A DNA stretch of 64,000 bases from the human T2T-CHM13v2.0 reference genome, Homo sapiens: the NCBI RefSeq assembly GCF_009914755.1, contig NC_060938.1; one strand, written 5' to 3'. This document shows positions 15,431 to 27,550 of this stretch, one piece after another; the first letter of the stretch is position 1, and each line of letters begins with the position of its first letter. The notes below the pieces were generated by a model that was not told the DNA's origin, ran no database searches, and worked only from the letters and a program-made list of their open reading frames with translations. Position numbers and translations under genes: made by a program.

Positions 15431-18400
15431 ACTAATAATACCATAAGTAGTGTGTGCATCATATATTATTTATTACTGTTATTAAGATGTGCTCTCCGGA
15501 ATTAATTTACATCTAAAACCTGGGACTATTTAAAACAGAAATTTTAAAGGAAATCGATACCCGTTGCCTTCAGATTGCTCATTGCTTTGATTCACATATG
15601 ATAATTAATGATATTTCTCTTTTTTTCTAGCTAGGGAAATATTTTCAAGATTATTAAATTTTTTAAACTTGCGAAGGTTAAAAAATAAAGCATTATTCAT
15701 ATTTTTCCCTATTGTAAACTTTTTTATATTATGCACACTTTTAGGCAGAAACAACTTTCTGCATGTTAATATTTCTAATAGTTTATCTTTTTGGTTAAGT
15801 CATCCAGCTTCTAAGAATTATTGAGTAACATCGCTATTAAATTGTCATGGTTGATGTTATTTTATATTTTCCGAGACCTAGACCTTGCTGATTTTTTTGA
15901 TCCAGGCTTTTCCTTCCTTAGGGAATTTAGTTTCCCTTTGTTCACTTATTTATAGCTCTGCTGTGGGTATGGTTTGGAGCCTTGGTTTTTATTGCTTTAA
16001 TTGCTTGGTAGTAATTGACACACTGTACACATTCCAGGCCCCATGTTCCCTTTACATATGAATTCACACTACTTGATGACTCAAATAGGCTATAATGAAT
16101 CCCCTTTATCCTGGGATATCTTTGAGATTCTGGGTTACCGTGTTGATCTGTTTCCTTTAAACATGGTTCTGGCAGTGTTGCCCTACTGGAAACAACTGAC
16201 CTTTCATTTCTGCTGGTATTTCATCATTATGGGTGCATCCCAATCTAATTATATGTTGATTTGTAATGAACAGAGGCTTCCTCTCATTTAATTTTCTGTT
16301 GACTTTATATTCCCTCTGTTTGGAAACCTCCAAGATTATGGTATCAGTTTCAATTTTGTTAAACTGATGTCTTTTCGTGATGACCTGCTTCCAGTGTATT
16401 ACTTTTTTATTCAGTGATTCTATCAACCAGTGTTATCTGTTAAAAAAACAAACAAAAACAACCACTGATATGCTGGTGGGCTCTATGCTGTCATCTAAAA
16501 TGTTATAGAAAGATCTGTTTGTATTGTTATTGTTGCTGTGAATTAGTCCAATGGCCTACCTACTATATAAGATATATTTGACCTTAGGAGTGAAAAAAAA
16601 AATCTTAACGGGAATCCTCACTGAAGTCTGATTTGGGTACAATAAGAATTCATCAAAAACATAGAAGCTGCATTTCCTAGGAAATCGAGGCTTTTTCCTG
16701 TATTTGGGAGTGGTAAAGAATACGCCCAAGAACTTGGAACAGATAAAGCATTGGCAGACAAACAAAAGATCTGTAGGGCAGGACTTCCTTTTTATTCTCC
16801 TGAGCTCTCTTTCCCATTGTTTCAGAGAAGATGGAGCAAACACCCAGACAGAAGCTGCTTCAGTATTGTCTTCTATTGATAGGCTGCTTGTGTTCAGTGA
16901 TTCCTCTGGCCCATAGTGTCTGCTGGACAGTTGGAGGCTTTTTGAAGCCATTGTATTGTTAGAGAATAATTAGAGTGAATGAAACAGTGGGTAGGGGTTA
17001 ACAACAATTCTTTGTTGCAAGCAATTGGTAGTCTTGGCATCAGTATTGGTAACAAGGCCAATCTACTGGAAGGAATCGAAACAAAAGATGGAAAAGTTGT
17101 GGTTGGTTTGTCTGATCCATCCAGCAAATCCACCCATGCATGGCCATTGTGTCCTGTGAGCTCTCTGGAAATGCCTTTGGTCACACTGCATTCCAAGCCA
17201 CTGGGTGGGTAATCTCTGGGTAGTCTTGTACATGGATTTCCTAGACTTTCCCATAACAAAAATGGCAAGGCACAGGTGTTGTCTTGGCAATTAATCATAC
17301 ACTTTATAAAGAAAACAATGTCCTAACATTTGGGTAGATGAATGGCATGGTAGAAAAGCCCCATGATGTTTCTTTTGGAAGGAGGGTTAAAGAATGCCGT
17401 AACACTAACTAGCTCAGATGTGTCTATTGATACCAAGGTGAAAACATCTAGGCAAAACCATAATCTATGTCCTCATTGTCTCCTCCATCTCCTCCAGACC
17501 TACCCTGTCCTCGTCCTAGGAGTTTATATTGTGATCTAGAGGAGGCCCAGCCAGGGTGGGGTCTAACAAATTGGGGTGGGTATAAATTTAGTACTTCAAA
17601 GATAGTGGCTCTTATTGGAAAACTTTATAAGCTGAATGCCTATTTCCCCCTCACTAATTTGGGGAACTGCAGCTGCTGCTAAATTCTGAGTCAAATAGAC
17701 TTGCAACTATGGTTGATCAGATTTGTGATGTATTAGTAACACATGGAAGTGGTGCCTTATGTCGGGGCCCTGGGTTCCTACTGGAAACCCATCACTTAGA
17801 TTTGTATGATATTGGTATGATCTGCTAGTGTGTGATGCTTTGTTACATCCTCTTTTCAAGTCAGCTTTCCACCAGAGCTTCCCAAGAACAGAGAGGCCTG
17901 CCTCAAATATTTGGTTCAAATTATGCAACATAAGTTACCTTATATCTCTTTTCCTGTTGCTTATCTAAAAGGACAGAGACTCAGAGGCAGTTTAAAAGTG
18001 GAGGTGGGCATATCTCCAAGGCGATTTATGACTTTAGACGCATATCCCTAAAAGGCGAATTCCTGCTCTCACAAGTTGAATAGGGCTCTAATCCCACAAT
18101 CTGATTTAGGCCAAGAATGACTTACATTTGAAATCCCAAACCAAGACTGTTCAAGATTGGTATTAAAGTCGGAGCAATGAGGTGGAGGTAGGGTTCACCT
18201 CCACATTATTCTGAGAATGGGCCTGACCCTCATGGATCTGTGGGTGTGAGGAGTGGTGGTTGTCAGGAGCCGGGGAAGGTAGTGCGGGGAGTGAAGGAGG
18301 GGAGACAGCAGTGTGCTTATTTTCAGTTTGTCAGCTGCTCTGGAAAATGGCCAAAATGAATGAGATACAACAAGCCTTCAGGGCTGCTGTAAGCCAAGGA

Positions 18401-19629
18401 GAGACAAGGCCCCTCCTTTTAAAAAGCTCTGTGGAATTTAGACTTAAAGTTTTATATGTTATTTTGTTTAGGGTAAATGTGAAATCCCTAAACACTCCCC
18501 AGGAAATGTTAGCTCCCAGGAACACACAGTGGGCCCTAACTCCCTGGACAGAAGTACGTCTTGAGGGAGAAAAAAGAATTCAGCACCATTCCATGAAGCC
18601 TCCTGGCTCTGTTTGGCCATGGGAGAAAGATTGATGAGAACCATGATTAGATCTGTCTCTGTGGCCTCCAGCAGATTATTGGAAAGCCTTGAAAAAAAAA
18701 AATCTTTTTGACAAAAAAGGATAGAAGTTCCAGTAGACAGGGGAAAGAAAAGGGCTAAATCTTCCAGGCCAAAATATGCCAGGGTTTGTACAAACCAGGG
18801 AGATGGAGCAAAGCTGAGCACTTTTATGAGAAGAGGCACTGGCATCAATCTAAAGGAGAGAGAATCTGGGACATTTAAGAAAAGGGGGCTTCCATGTGGG
18901 AAGAAGGGCTTGTGAACCCAGTGTGGTTGTGAATTCTGTAACGGAAGTCACCAGCTGGGCTTTTTCTAGGCAGGAGTTATCTTCTTTACTGGCAATCATG
19001 TTCCAAGTTTAATCTCTCCTCAGTGTGACTTTGGTCTCACGTTCACATCATGAAAACTCCAGGCTGTTTTTTGCTATACTCCTGAGTAATGTTGACATTT
19101 CTAAGGAGAGAGGAAATCTGGATAAATAGAGTTCTTTTCTTGGCATTGTTAAAAATATTACTAAAAAGAGCAAAGGGTGTTTTCAGAGCTAAGTGGAAGT
19201 AAAGTCTTTCTTTGCAATTTTGAAAGGCCAGGTAGGTGGCTGGGTACGCACTTTCTTGTAGCCTGTTTGTTTTAGCCCGCAGTGGTTTCTGAGCAGCTCT
19301 AAGTTCTGATAAAGGACACAAACACACCCATGCTACAGTGGCCATCTCACTTAATGCTGTCTTTTCTATCCTGTGACTGAAGAGCAGGGGCTCTTGTTCA
19401 TGCCCAGTAAGAAGTAAACCCTGAACTAAACATCACACACTGAGAATCTCTTCATAATCTAGGCACAGATAATCTTTAACACTAAACTACTGTGAAATTC
19501 TACCAGCATTAAGTACTGTATATTGCCCTGTGCTTGGATAGGCTGGCTAACTCGTAGGAAGAGAGCACTGTATGGTATCCTTTTGCTTTATTCACCAGCA
19601 TTTTGGGGGAACATTTCTTTTACATTTTA

Positions 19630-19670
19630 AATAAAACTTCAGCTTGAAAAAAAAAATGTATGTAACTTGT
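19630..19670 (+). promoter_or_regulatory. Candidate polyadenylation signal
   Basis: AATAAA 19630-19635; upstream U-rich tract and TGTA motifs; genomic A10 19647-19656; downstream tgtatgtaacttgta. Confidence 0.4.
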
Positions 19671-20958
19671 AGGACATTTCTGAAAATTACATTATAGCTA
19701 GTCTATCACGGATTTTGAATTGTCTTTAAATTTTGCTATCAAAAGCAGAACAACAACTTGTCATCATAGAACTGGAAGGCATGGTTATTTTGTTTACCTC
19801 TTACTTTTTGCCCATTTGGAAACTGAAATTGCTTAAAGTTACATAGCTAGTTAGTGCAGGAACGGAAATGAAAAACTATTTCCTGATGCCTGGTTTATCA
19901 CAATGGAAGGCTCTGCCCACAAGAAGGAAAGTTCAGTTCAGATTCCCTGTAATTTTAAGAACTTTCATGAATATACTAATTTTAGTAGAAACAACTAACC
20001 AAGATGGCTTATCATTCTCAACGGAACATAATTTTAAGGAGAAACACTTGGAATAATCTAATTTTAAACTGTAATGCTAATTCTTTATTAGTCTATTTGG
20101 GGGATTTTTTATATGTTGCATGACATACTTGCACATTTTCCTATTTAATACTTCTTTTAATCCTGAAAGCACTTATTTAAGAATGATCACTAGCACTCCA
20201 GGACAAGTTAAATACAGAAAGCCATATACATATAAATGGCAGACATAACTGCAAAAAGAGAACAATATAGTGAGGGAAATGGTCTTCAGGGTGCTGCAAA
20301 GCGCTTTATAGTTACAAAATGCCTTCATGTACATTTCTAATTGATCCTCAGGACAGTGTTGTAAAAGGAGGAAGAATGTGTGTGTAAGTGTACAGCTGTT
20401 TTCCAGAACACCAAATCGAAGCTCAGAGATATTGCACAACTCACCAGCACAGCGAGGAAGCTACTGAATTGGGACTCACACTCAGACCTTCACCCCAAGC
20501 CCATAGCTCATTTTATTACTTCATAATGCGTTAGTTGCAGAAGTAATAATACTTTAAAAAGCAATCCACATTTTTTCTGTTTACTCTTTCCTCTCTTCTT
20601 CAGGACAGAAACTGTACTTTCCTTGTCCAGTTCCAGTTTGTATTATTGTATTCATGGTATTTACCTTACCTGGAGGGAATAGGCCTTTTAAATATCATTA
20701 AAATTGGGTTTTTGAGGTTATGTTCTTTTCTCCTTCACATCCTAAACTTCAGACCTCATGCTCTTTGGCCTTCCATTCAATTCAAATGAGAAGGGCTGTT
20801 GTAATTGTTGGCAATGCCTCCCCAGGCTGCCACTGTATGTGGAGGATCTTCATGTTTGGAAAGAAAAAAAAAATGCAGTTTAGTGAAGTTCATGATTCTA
20901 CTTTTACTCTTCTAACATAGCCTTTTTTTTTTAATTTATTTGTTTGTTTTTACATGTA

Positions 20959-20972
20959 ACACTAGGTGGCAG
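20959..20972 (+). promoter_or_regulatory. Candidate CTCF motif
   Basis: ACACTAGGTGGCAG, 13/14 match to CCASYAGRKGGCRS. Confidence 0.5.
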
Positions 20973-21224
20973 AATAACTACACCACAAAGCACCACATCC
21001 TTTGTTTCTCACTACTCTGGGGAGTGGGTATCTGAATAGTGAGGCATAAAACCATCTGTGGCTACATGAGATTGGACCAACCAACAAGGCCAATATTTTC
21101 TTGACAGGGAACTGGCTGCAGTGATTCTAAAACGTATGCTTCCAAGATACTGTCTTTAAGATTTCCATCTTTCTTTTTTCCCCAGCTCCCCTGGATTTTA
21201 ATTTCTCTGCCCCATTGCACTCTG

Positions 21225-21238
21225 CTAGCAGAGGGCGG
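21225..21238 (+). promoter_or_regulatory. Candidate CTCF motif
   Basis: CTAGCAGAGGGCGG, 13/14 match to CCASYAGRKGGCRS. Confidence 0.5.
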
Positions 21239-21411
21239 ACACAGCCTGCAGGCAGCTGCTTTGAAATGGCAGATTGGGATGGATGTGCCCATTGGTGCTG
21301 GCACCCTCGCCTTTGTGTGGCAGTGGGTCATGAAGGGTCTGGGGGTAAGGCACCTGAGTCCTTGCCCGAATGGCACCAGGCCCTCTGGCAGAGGGGCAGC
21401 AGTGGCTGGGC

Positions 21412-22799
21412 TGAGTCAGTTGGAAGATGCTGCCCTCACTAACTCAGGTTTACAGAACAGGTGTTTTTAAAGAGCAGTCTGATCCTGGTTCAGCTCTGTC
21501 ACCGGTTTGGAAATACTGCCGTGCAGTCGGTGGGTCATTGCCTCTCAGTTTCTTCCTAGCAATTTGCTGGTGTCTGCTACCCTGGATGCCTCACATGCCA
21601 CAGGACACACTAAGCTAAATAAAGCAGAGCAAGTTCTGTCTTTCATGTTGTGAAGAGTATGAACTTGGGCTGCGGAAATACTTCTTTGGATTTTTGCTGA
21701 AAAAGAAAAGAATAGCATTAAAACAAAACAATACTTACCAACTAGTAATAATACTCTAAGTATACCCTACATTAAGAAACTCCTGTAAAACCAAGTCTGA
21801 ATGTATAAAATCGATCAAACAAAAAGGTTGTATTTTAATTACAAAAGCGTTCTTTGTAACTGGAACCACAATCGGATTTCATTAAATAGTGAGCTTCTGA
21901 TGTGAATTGTAAATGTTTTAATCTACAAAAAAAAGTACTTAAATCTTGACTTTTCAGGAACCCACTTGTTATATAAAACAAAAACCAACTGGACTATAGT
22001 TTTACACACATACTTACATCACACCCTCACCACTTTCCGACTGGGAATCCTAGAGTATTTTTTAGTGTTTAGCTGGAGGTCCAGGTAGTGTCCTAATTTT
22101 GCACACACAGCCCTGGTGACATGAAAGGGCATTGTTGAAATGACCAAGTGAGTCATGGTAATCAGGGCAATCCTGTAGGTTAGAGATATGGGGGTCTTGT
22201 TTATTTGTTTGCCTGCTAGAGCTGCAATTCTTTCATAAACTACATGACTTTTGAAAATACCTCAAACAACATATATAAATCAGACCAAGGATATTAATCT
22301 CAGGCCACCGCCATAGTGAGGCTTTGAAGCCAGGGGAAGGTGGTGAGACCTTCTTGTTTGTTAAGGAAGAAATGTCATAAAAATTCCAAAGCAGGACTCA
22401 AATTTCCAGGGGAGAGGGCCTCTTTATTGTTTCCTCTAATAGCTGCTTTGGCGCTTTAGTGAATAAATGTGTTGCACAAAGTAACCCTAGATGCATCTGA
22501 ACTTTAGTCTGGCTTGGCTCCCACTTTTGTATTTAGCATCCATTCTGAATTATTTATTTAAGATATTTTTGCTGTTGTTTGTCACTCCTTCTTCCTGTCT
22601 CCCTACCAGTCCCCCTCATTCGTCCTGTCTTTATTTTCACACTTCTCTAATTAATTGATATCTTCTGCTCTTAGCACTGCAGCAAATGTGCCTGCATTTT
22701 TATGTGGATCTTCACTATGCAGGCTATGCTTTTAAGTTTCTGGAATAGAATGATGGTAAAAATGAGTCATGGCTTGTTTCTATATTTGTTTCTGAGTCA
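21412..22799. promoter_or_regulatory. AP-1 motif cluster (candidate enhancer)
   Basis: TGAGTCA at 21412, 22149, 22763, 22793. Confidence 0.45.
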
Positions 22800-25113
22800 A
22801 GAAGCTTAATTTTCTTACTATAATGCCTGAGATATCAAGCTATACAGTTTACTTTTAAGGGAAACAATCACAATTTCATCAATTCCTTTAAGTAGATGTT
22901 TTCAAATATTATAGAATTCTTTGGATTTGTGTTTCCAAAATGAACAACACAATGGTAGTGCTATTATTGTTTTAAGGAGAAAAAGAAGCATATCCAAAAT
23001 AGGTAAAATCTTCCCCTAAATCCCCTGGGAACAGGCCTATGGGTGTTGCCCTGGCCTGCTCACAGCCCCAGGACAACCGGCATTAATTCACTGAGGGCCT
23101 CATACCTACATCTCAATGACTGCTTAAACCAGATACCTGAGGGTCTGGGGTCTAACAGAAGAAAAAAGGAGAGTAGAGCTGAGGGTTATGGAACATTCCC
23201 AGGAAGGGAGAGAATATCAGAAAATGCAAGACTGCCCCAGTGCAGCAGCAGTGATGCAGCCAGAGGTTACCAGAAGTTCTGGCACCTCCACCTTCATGGA
23301 CACAAGCTGTATATATCAGTTTACCATGGTTTTCAGTGTAAAAAAGCAACTTATGTCCTTCAGTGTCAGTTTATTGAGCTCTTCAGTGCAGCCTCATAAC
23401 TTATATTAATTGGGAGGAAAATGCTTCCAGAGAAAGGAGAGATGCTGGACAAAACAACTTTGTCTTTGACTAGTTGTCAAGGCCCTGCTGTTTGGAGTCA
23501 TTGACAAGTCCTTGATTCTTGTATGACAGATCCAGGGGAAAAAAAGAAGTGATTCATCTTCTTCTGTTGCACCTTTCAAGGAGGAATTAAAAAAAAAAAA
23601 GATTTTGCTTATGGACTTAACATCACTGGCAGCAGTAAGTGGGCTCTGACTCTTTGCAAGGTATAATTTACCATTGTGCTCCTCCCTCCTGAGTTTATGC
23701 ACCTCGATGAGCCCCGGCCCATTAAAATTCCTTCTTAAAAGCAGGAGGTGAAAAGAGCCAAGCGTGTGTTTTTTTTAGAGGAGAGTGTAGCTATACAAGG
23801 AAAGAGGTCCCAGTCCTTTTTCTATTTTAAATGCTGGTAAACAACTTGAAACCTGTTAAAGCTTTTGAAGGAATGTGGAGGAGTTGTCCTTTTGACTCTA
23901 ATGTTGGGGAAAACAAAATAAAGGAAATAATTTTAAGAAAAGAGACTTTCCCATGATGAGCTTTAGTCTGAAGCATCCTGCAGGTGTCACATCTGTTCCT
24001 CTAGGTGTGCAGATTAATTTCAGTTGCCTCCATGTCTGCTGGGTCCATTATCTTTGCTCGGCTGGGTCCAACATCTTTGCTCATTTCTCTACTGAACTTT
24101 TTCCAACTTTCAGTGCTGTGCTTTTCCATCTCAGCCCTTGTCAAAGTATGAAATACCATTTGTTTGATGGTGAGACAGAATAGTGTTGTTTAAAGATGAC
24201 ATGCTAATACAGTTATGTAAAAATTCTCCATTTTGTAATGTTACAGGAAAAAAACACCAGTGTCCGTTATGACTGAACAAAGTTATCACTCAGCCATGTT
24301 ATCTCAGTCATGCACATCAAGATTGACCTGTCTGCCATTTGGGGAAGCCTTCATAATTTGTAAGGTGCAGGAAGGAACTAGTTTTAATTGAGATTTAAGA
24401 GGAATGTCTTTCACAGCCAATAGCCTTTCTTTTTGAGTCCCTTATTTCTAAAGGGTCTTTTGCAACTTGTACAAAAGAGCAAGATCCTTCATTCCTCTTT
24501 TAATCCTACAGCCTGCAGGAGTTGAGTATACCTATAACCAGGCAGCTAAATTTTGAAACAAGGTGGTGAAGTTTAAAATTACATTTTAGCTGTGGAAATT
24601 TGAGCTTTAGAGAATGATTACGTTCTGATTGTCTTGGAAATATTCTCTGTATAGAGACTCAAATGTGGGTCTTCCCTATTATTTATCCCAACCTCTTCAG
24701 AAATTATATGAATGGAAGAGGGAGAAATAAGAGCCATCTAAAATTATGTAAATCTAGCTGGGATGTGTATTTTTGAATTGACATTTAAATATGGTCCTAG
24801 CTTATATTCTGGAGATTCAATACACTCCTCCAAGCCTTACTTTATTCCCTACTTCTTCACCACCCTTCCGTCCATCACTCATACACACATGTATGTGCAC
24901 ACACATGTCTTTTGCCAAACAATGGAGAAACATACATGGTATTTTAATAGGGTCACACTTATATAAACTGTTTTGCAACTTGTTTCTTTTTGTATAACAA
25001 CATTGCAGGAAAAAATACACTTTATTCTTTTTTAACAGCTGCCTATTAAGTCATACTGAATATATACATACAAACCCATTTGTTATTGATGGATATTTAG
25101 GTGGCGTCTAATT

Positions 25114-25153
25114 TTTCACTATTTCAAGCAATGTTTCACTATTTCAAGCAATG
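25114..25153. repeat. Perfect 20-bp tandem duplication
   Basis: tttcactatttcaagcaatg x2. Confidence 0.95.
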
Positions 25154-25186
25154 TTATATGTTCTTTTTTTCTTAAAAAAGGAATGT

Positions 25187-25480
<294 letters not shown>

Positions 25481-25489
25481 AAAGAATGT

Positions 25490-26000
25490 TCCTCATTGTA
25501 AATTTGGTCAAATTCTCCATTCCAAAAGGCAGAAAAATATAAAGAAGAAATAAAAATCACTTAGTCATAATTGTCTATCCAGAGATACCTTTAATACTGT
25601 AGTATATTTATTTCCAGATTTTTTCAGTGTATTTGTTTATTAACAAAATTGGTATCATGCCATCTGTAGCTTTTTTTTTCATGTAACATTATACTTAAGA
25701 TATTTCCTCACATCCTTCAACCTTTCTTTTGGAAAAATTTTTCTGTATGTTGTGTTTTGTCTTTTGTGAATGTTTGTTTAGTTTTCTGTTCTTCGCGTTT
25801 CTATTGGAATGTTAATGTGTGTTTTTGTATTGGCTTATACAGTAAGGCTATTAACCTTTTGTCTCATATTTGTTTCAGTTATTTTTCCCAGTTTCTCATT
25901 TGCCTTTTAATTTTGTTTGTGGAATCATTTATATGCAAAAGTCTTACATTTTTTGTATAATCAAATATGTCAGCATTTTTCTTTATAATTTCTTTTAAGC
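25490..26000 (-). mobile_element. Ancient L1 (L1ME-like) fragments; probably also ~24850-25160
   Basis: aaaatataaagaagaaataaaaatcac...ccagagata; ttttttcccagtttctcatttgccttttaattttgttt. Confidence 0.55.
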
Positions 26001-26079
26001 AAAACACATTTCTTTAAAACACATAAAATGGTAGCTAATAAGTGATTTTGAAAAGTTTCCATTATTATTACTACAGCTT

Positions 26080-26250
26080 TTAAATCTGTATTTATTTATG
26101 CTTTACAGTAACCCCCCTGTGGGGTAGGTAATGTTATCTCCGTTTCACTGATAGGAAGTTGAGGCACAGAGAGTAATACAGATAGAAGTGACATAAATGA
26201 GATTCAAACTCAGGGTTGTGGACAGTACTCTTACTCACTAAATATATTGC
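26080..26250 (-). mobile_element. MIR
   Basis: gtaggtaatgttatctccgtttcactgataggaagttgaggcacagag...gattcaaactcagg. Confidence 0.7.
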
Positions 26251-26739
26251 TATATATTTTACTGTTATAATTGGCCTCAAATATTATCCTGCTCTGTCTT
26301 AACAATTACTAAAAACGAGAAAAATATGCATCATTTATTCTAGTTTTTCAAATAGTTTTATAATTAACTCTATTTTGTCTGGATCTTATCTTGATGTGCA
26401 GTGTTAGGTGAAGCTCATATTTAATTTTTCTATTTGTCAGTGTCCCCAGTATATTAGTGCCTCTTTAGGAACTTGGAAAGGACTTGCCTTCTCTAAGAAG
26501 CCTTTGTGATTAGTGCCACTTCATGTTACTTGTTTCTGCAATTGTTTATTTCTTCAGAATTGTTGGTTTCTCAGCAGCTTTGATCTGAATGATTTTGTGG
26601 AATCTCATGTTGCTCCTAGATTAAAAGATTTATTTTAAAAAAAGAGGTGCTGTCTCTTCAAGTCGTTTCATTCTTTACATAAGAACAGGGTGGGAGGTTC
26701 TTGTCCTAGTTAGCATCAGCCCCTCTCCCCCAACCCTCC

Positions 26740-27212
26740 ACAGTCAGCAGATCCATGAATTTAGATGAGAGGAAAGCCACATCTCCATTTTCACTAACCT
26801 TTAACTGAAATTGATTATTTCCTTCAATTTTGATTGTGGGCAAAAAACCACAGTAGTATTAGCTGTTCCTGGGACTTTAAACCACAGATCAGATAGTTAA
26901 TCTTGCATTTCAGTTGTTCCAGGTACCTTTAAATATTCTTTATACGCATCACTACTTTGACAATATTGTAGTTGATCCACCACTAGATTTTGCCATTAAT
27001 GCATTAAGAAGCACATTCATTAATATTTCAAATATTCAAAGCTATTTTGGAAACTATATTTCTATAAAATTAGTTTTCTTTGTAATCCTATATGTTTTAT
27101 TTACTTAAAAGTGTATATATTTTATGCACTTAGAAACATTTTTCTGAGAAGGGCTTATAGGTTTCACCAAATCACCAAAGGGATCCATGATAAACACTGT
27201 GAAGAGTTCTTG
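26740..27212. mobile_element. MER113-like hAT-Charlie DNA transposon
   Basis: ttttcactaacc..taactgaaatt, aaaccacagtagtattagc, ttctgagaaggg...tttcacca...ccaaagggatccatg match recalled consensus. Confidence 0.7.
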
Positions 27213-27389
27213 TCTGTTTGAATACAAGGCATACCATTGGGCCTTGTAAATTACCCACTGGGTACTGAGTAATCAAGAGGCAATTTAGGAGGAGCTGGAA
27301 AATAGTCCAATATATTCCTCTCTAGTGCTTTGATTCTTTCACTTCTGGAATAATTCTCTTTATAGTCCTAAAGAGAACTGTGTATTCTC

Positions 27390-27550
27390 TTTTTCTCCAT
27401 CTCCTTTGCCTTTCATCCTCCCCTTTTCCTCTTTTTCACTTAGTATTTTCTTTCTTTCACATGCTCCCTTTTTTTTCTTTCTTTCTCATTCTCTTCTTCC
27501 TTGACTTTGCTCTTTTTCCCTTTTCTTCCTCTTCCTTTTCCTCTCTCCCC
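27390..27550. repeat. CT-rich low-complexity tract
   Basis: Near-continuous pyrimidines. Confidence 0.8.

Noticed and set aside
16556-17298. Overlapping 131- and 134-aa minus-strand ORFs as a pseudogene or microprotein
   Set aside because: No recognisable homology and no polyA/TSD signature; would need BLASTP/PhyloCSF support
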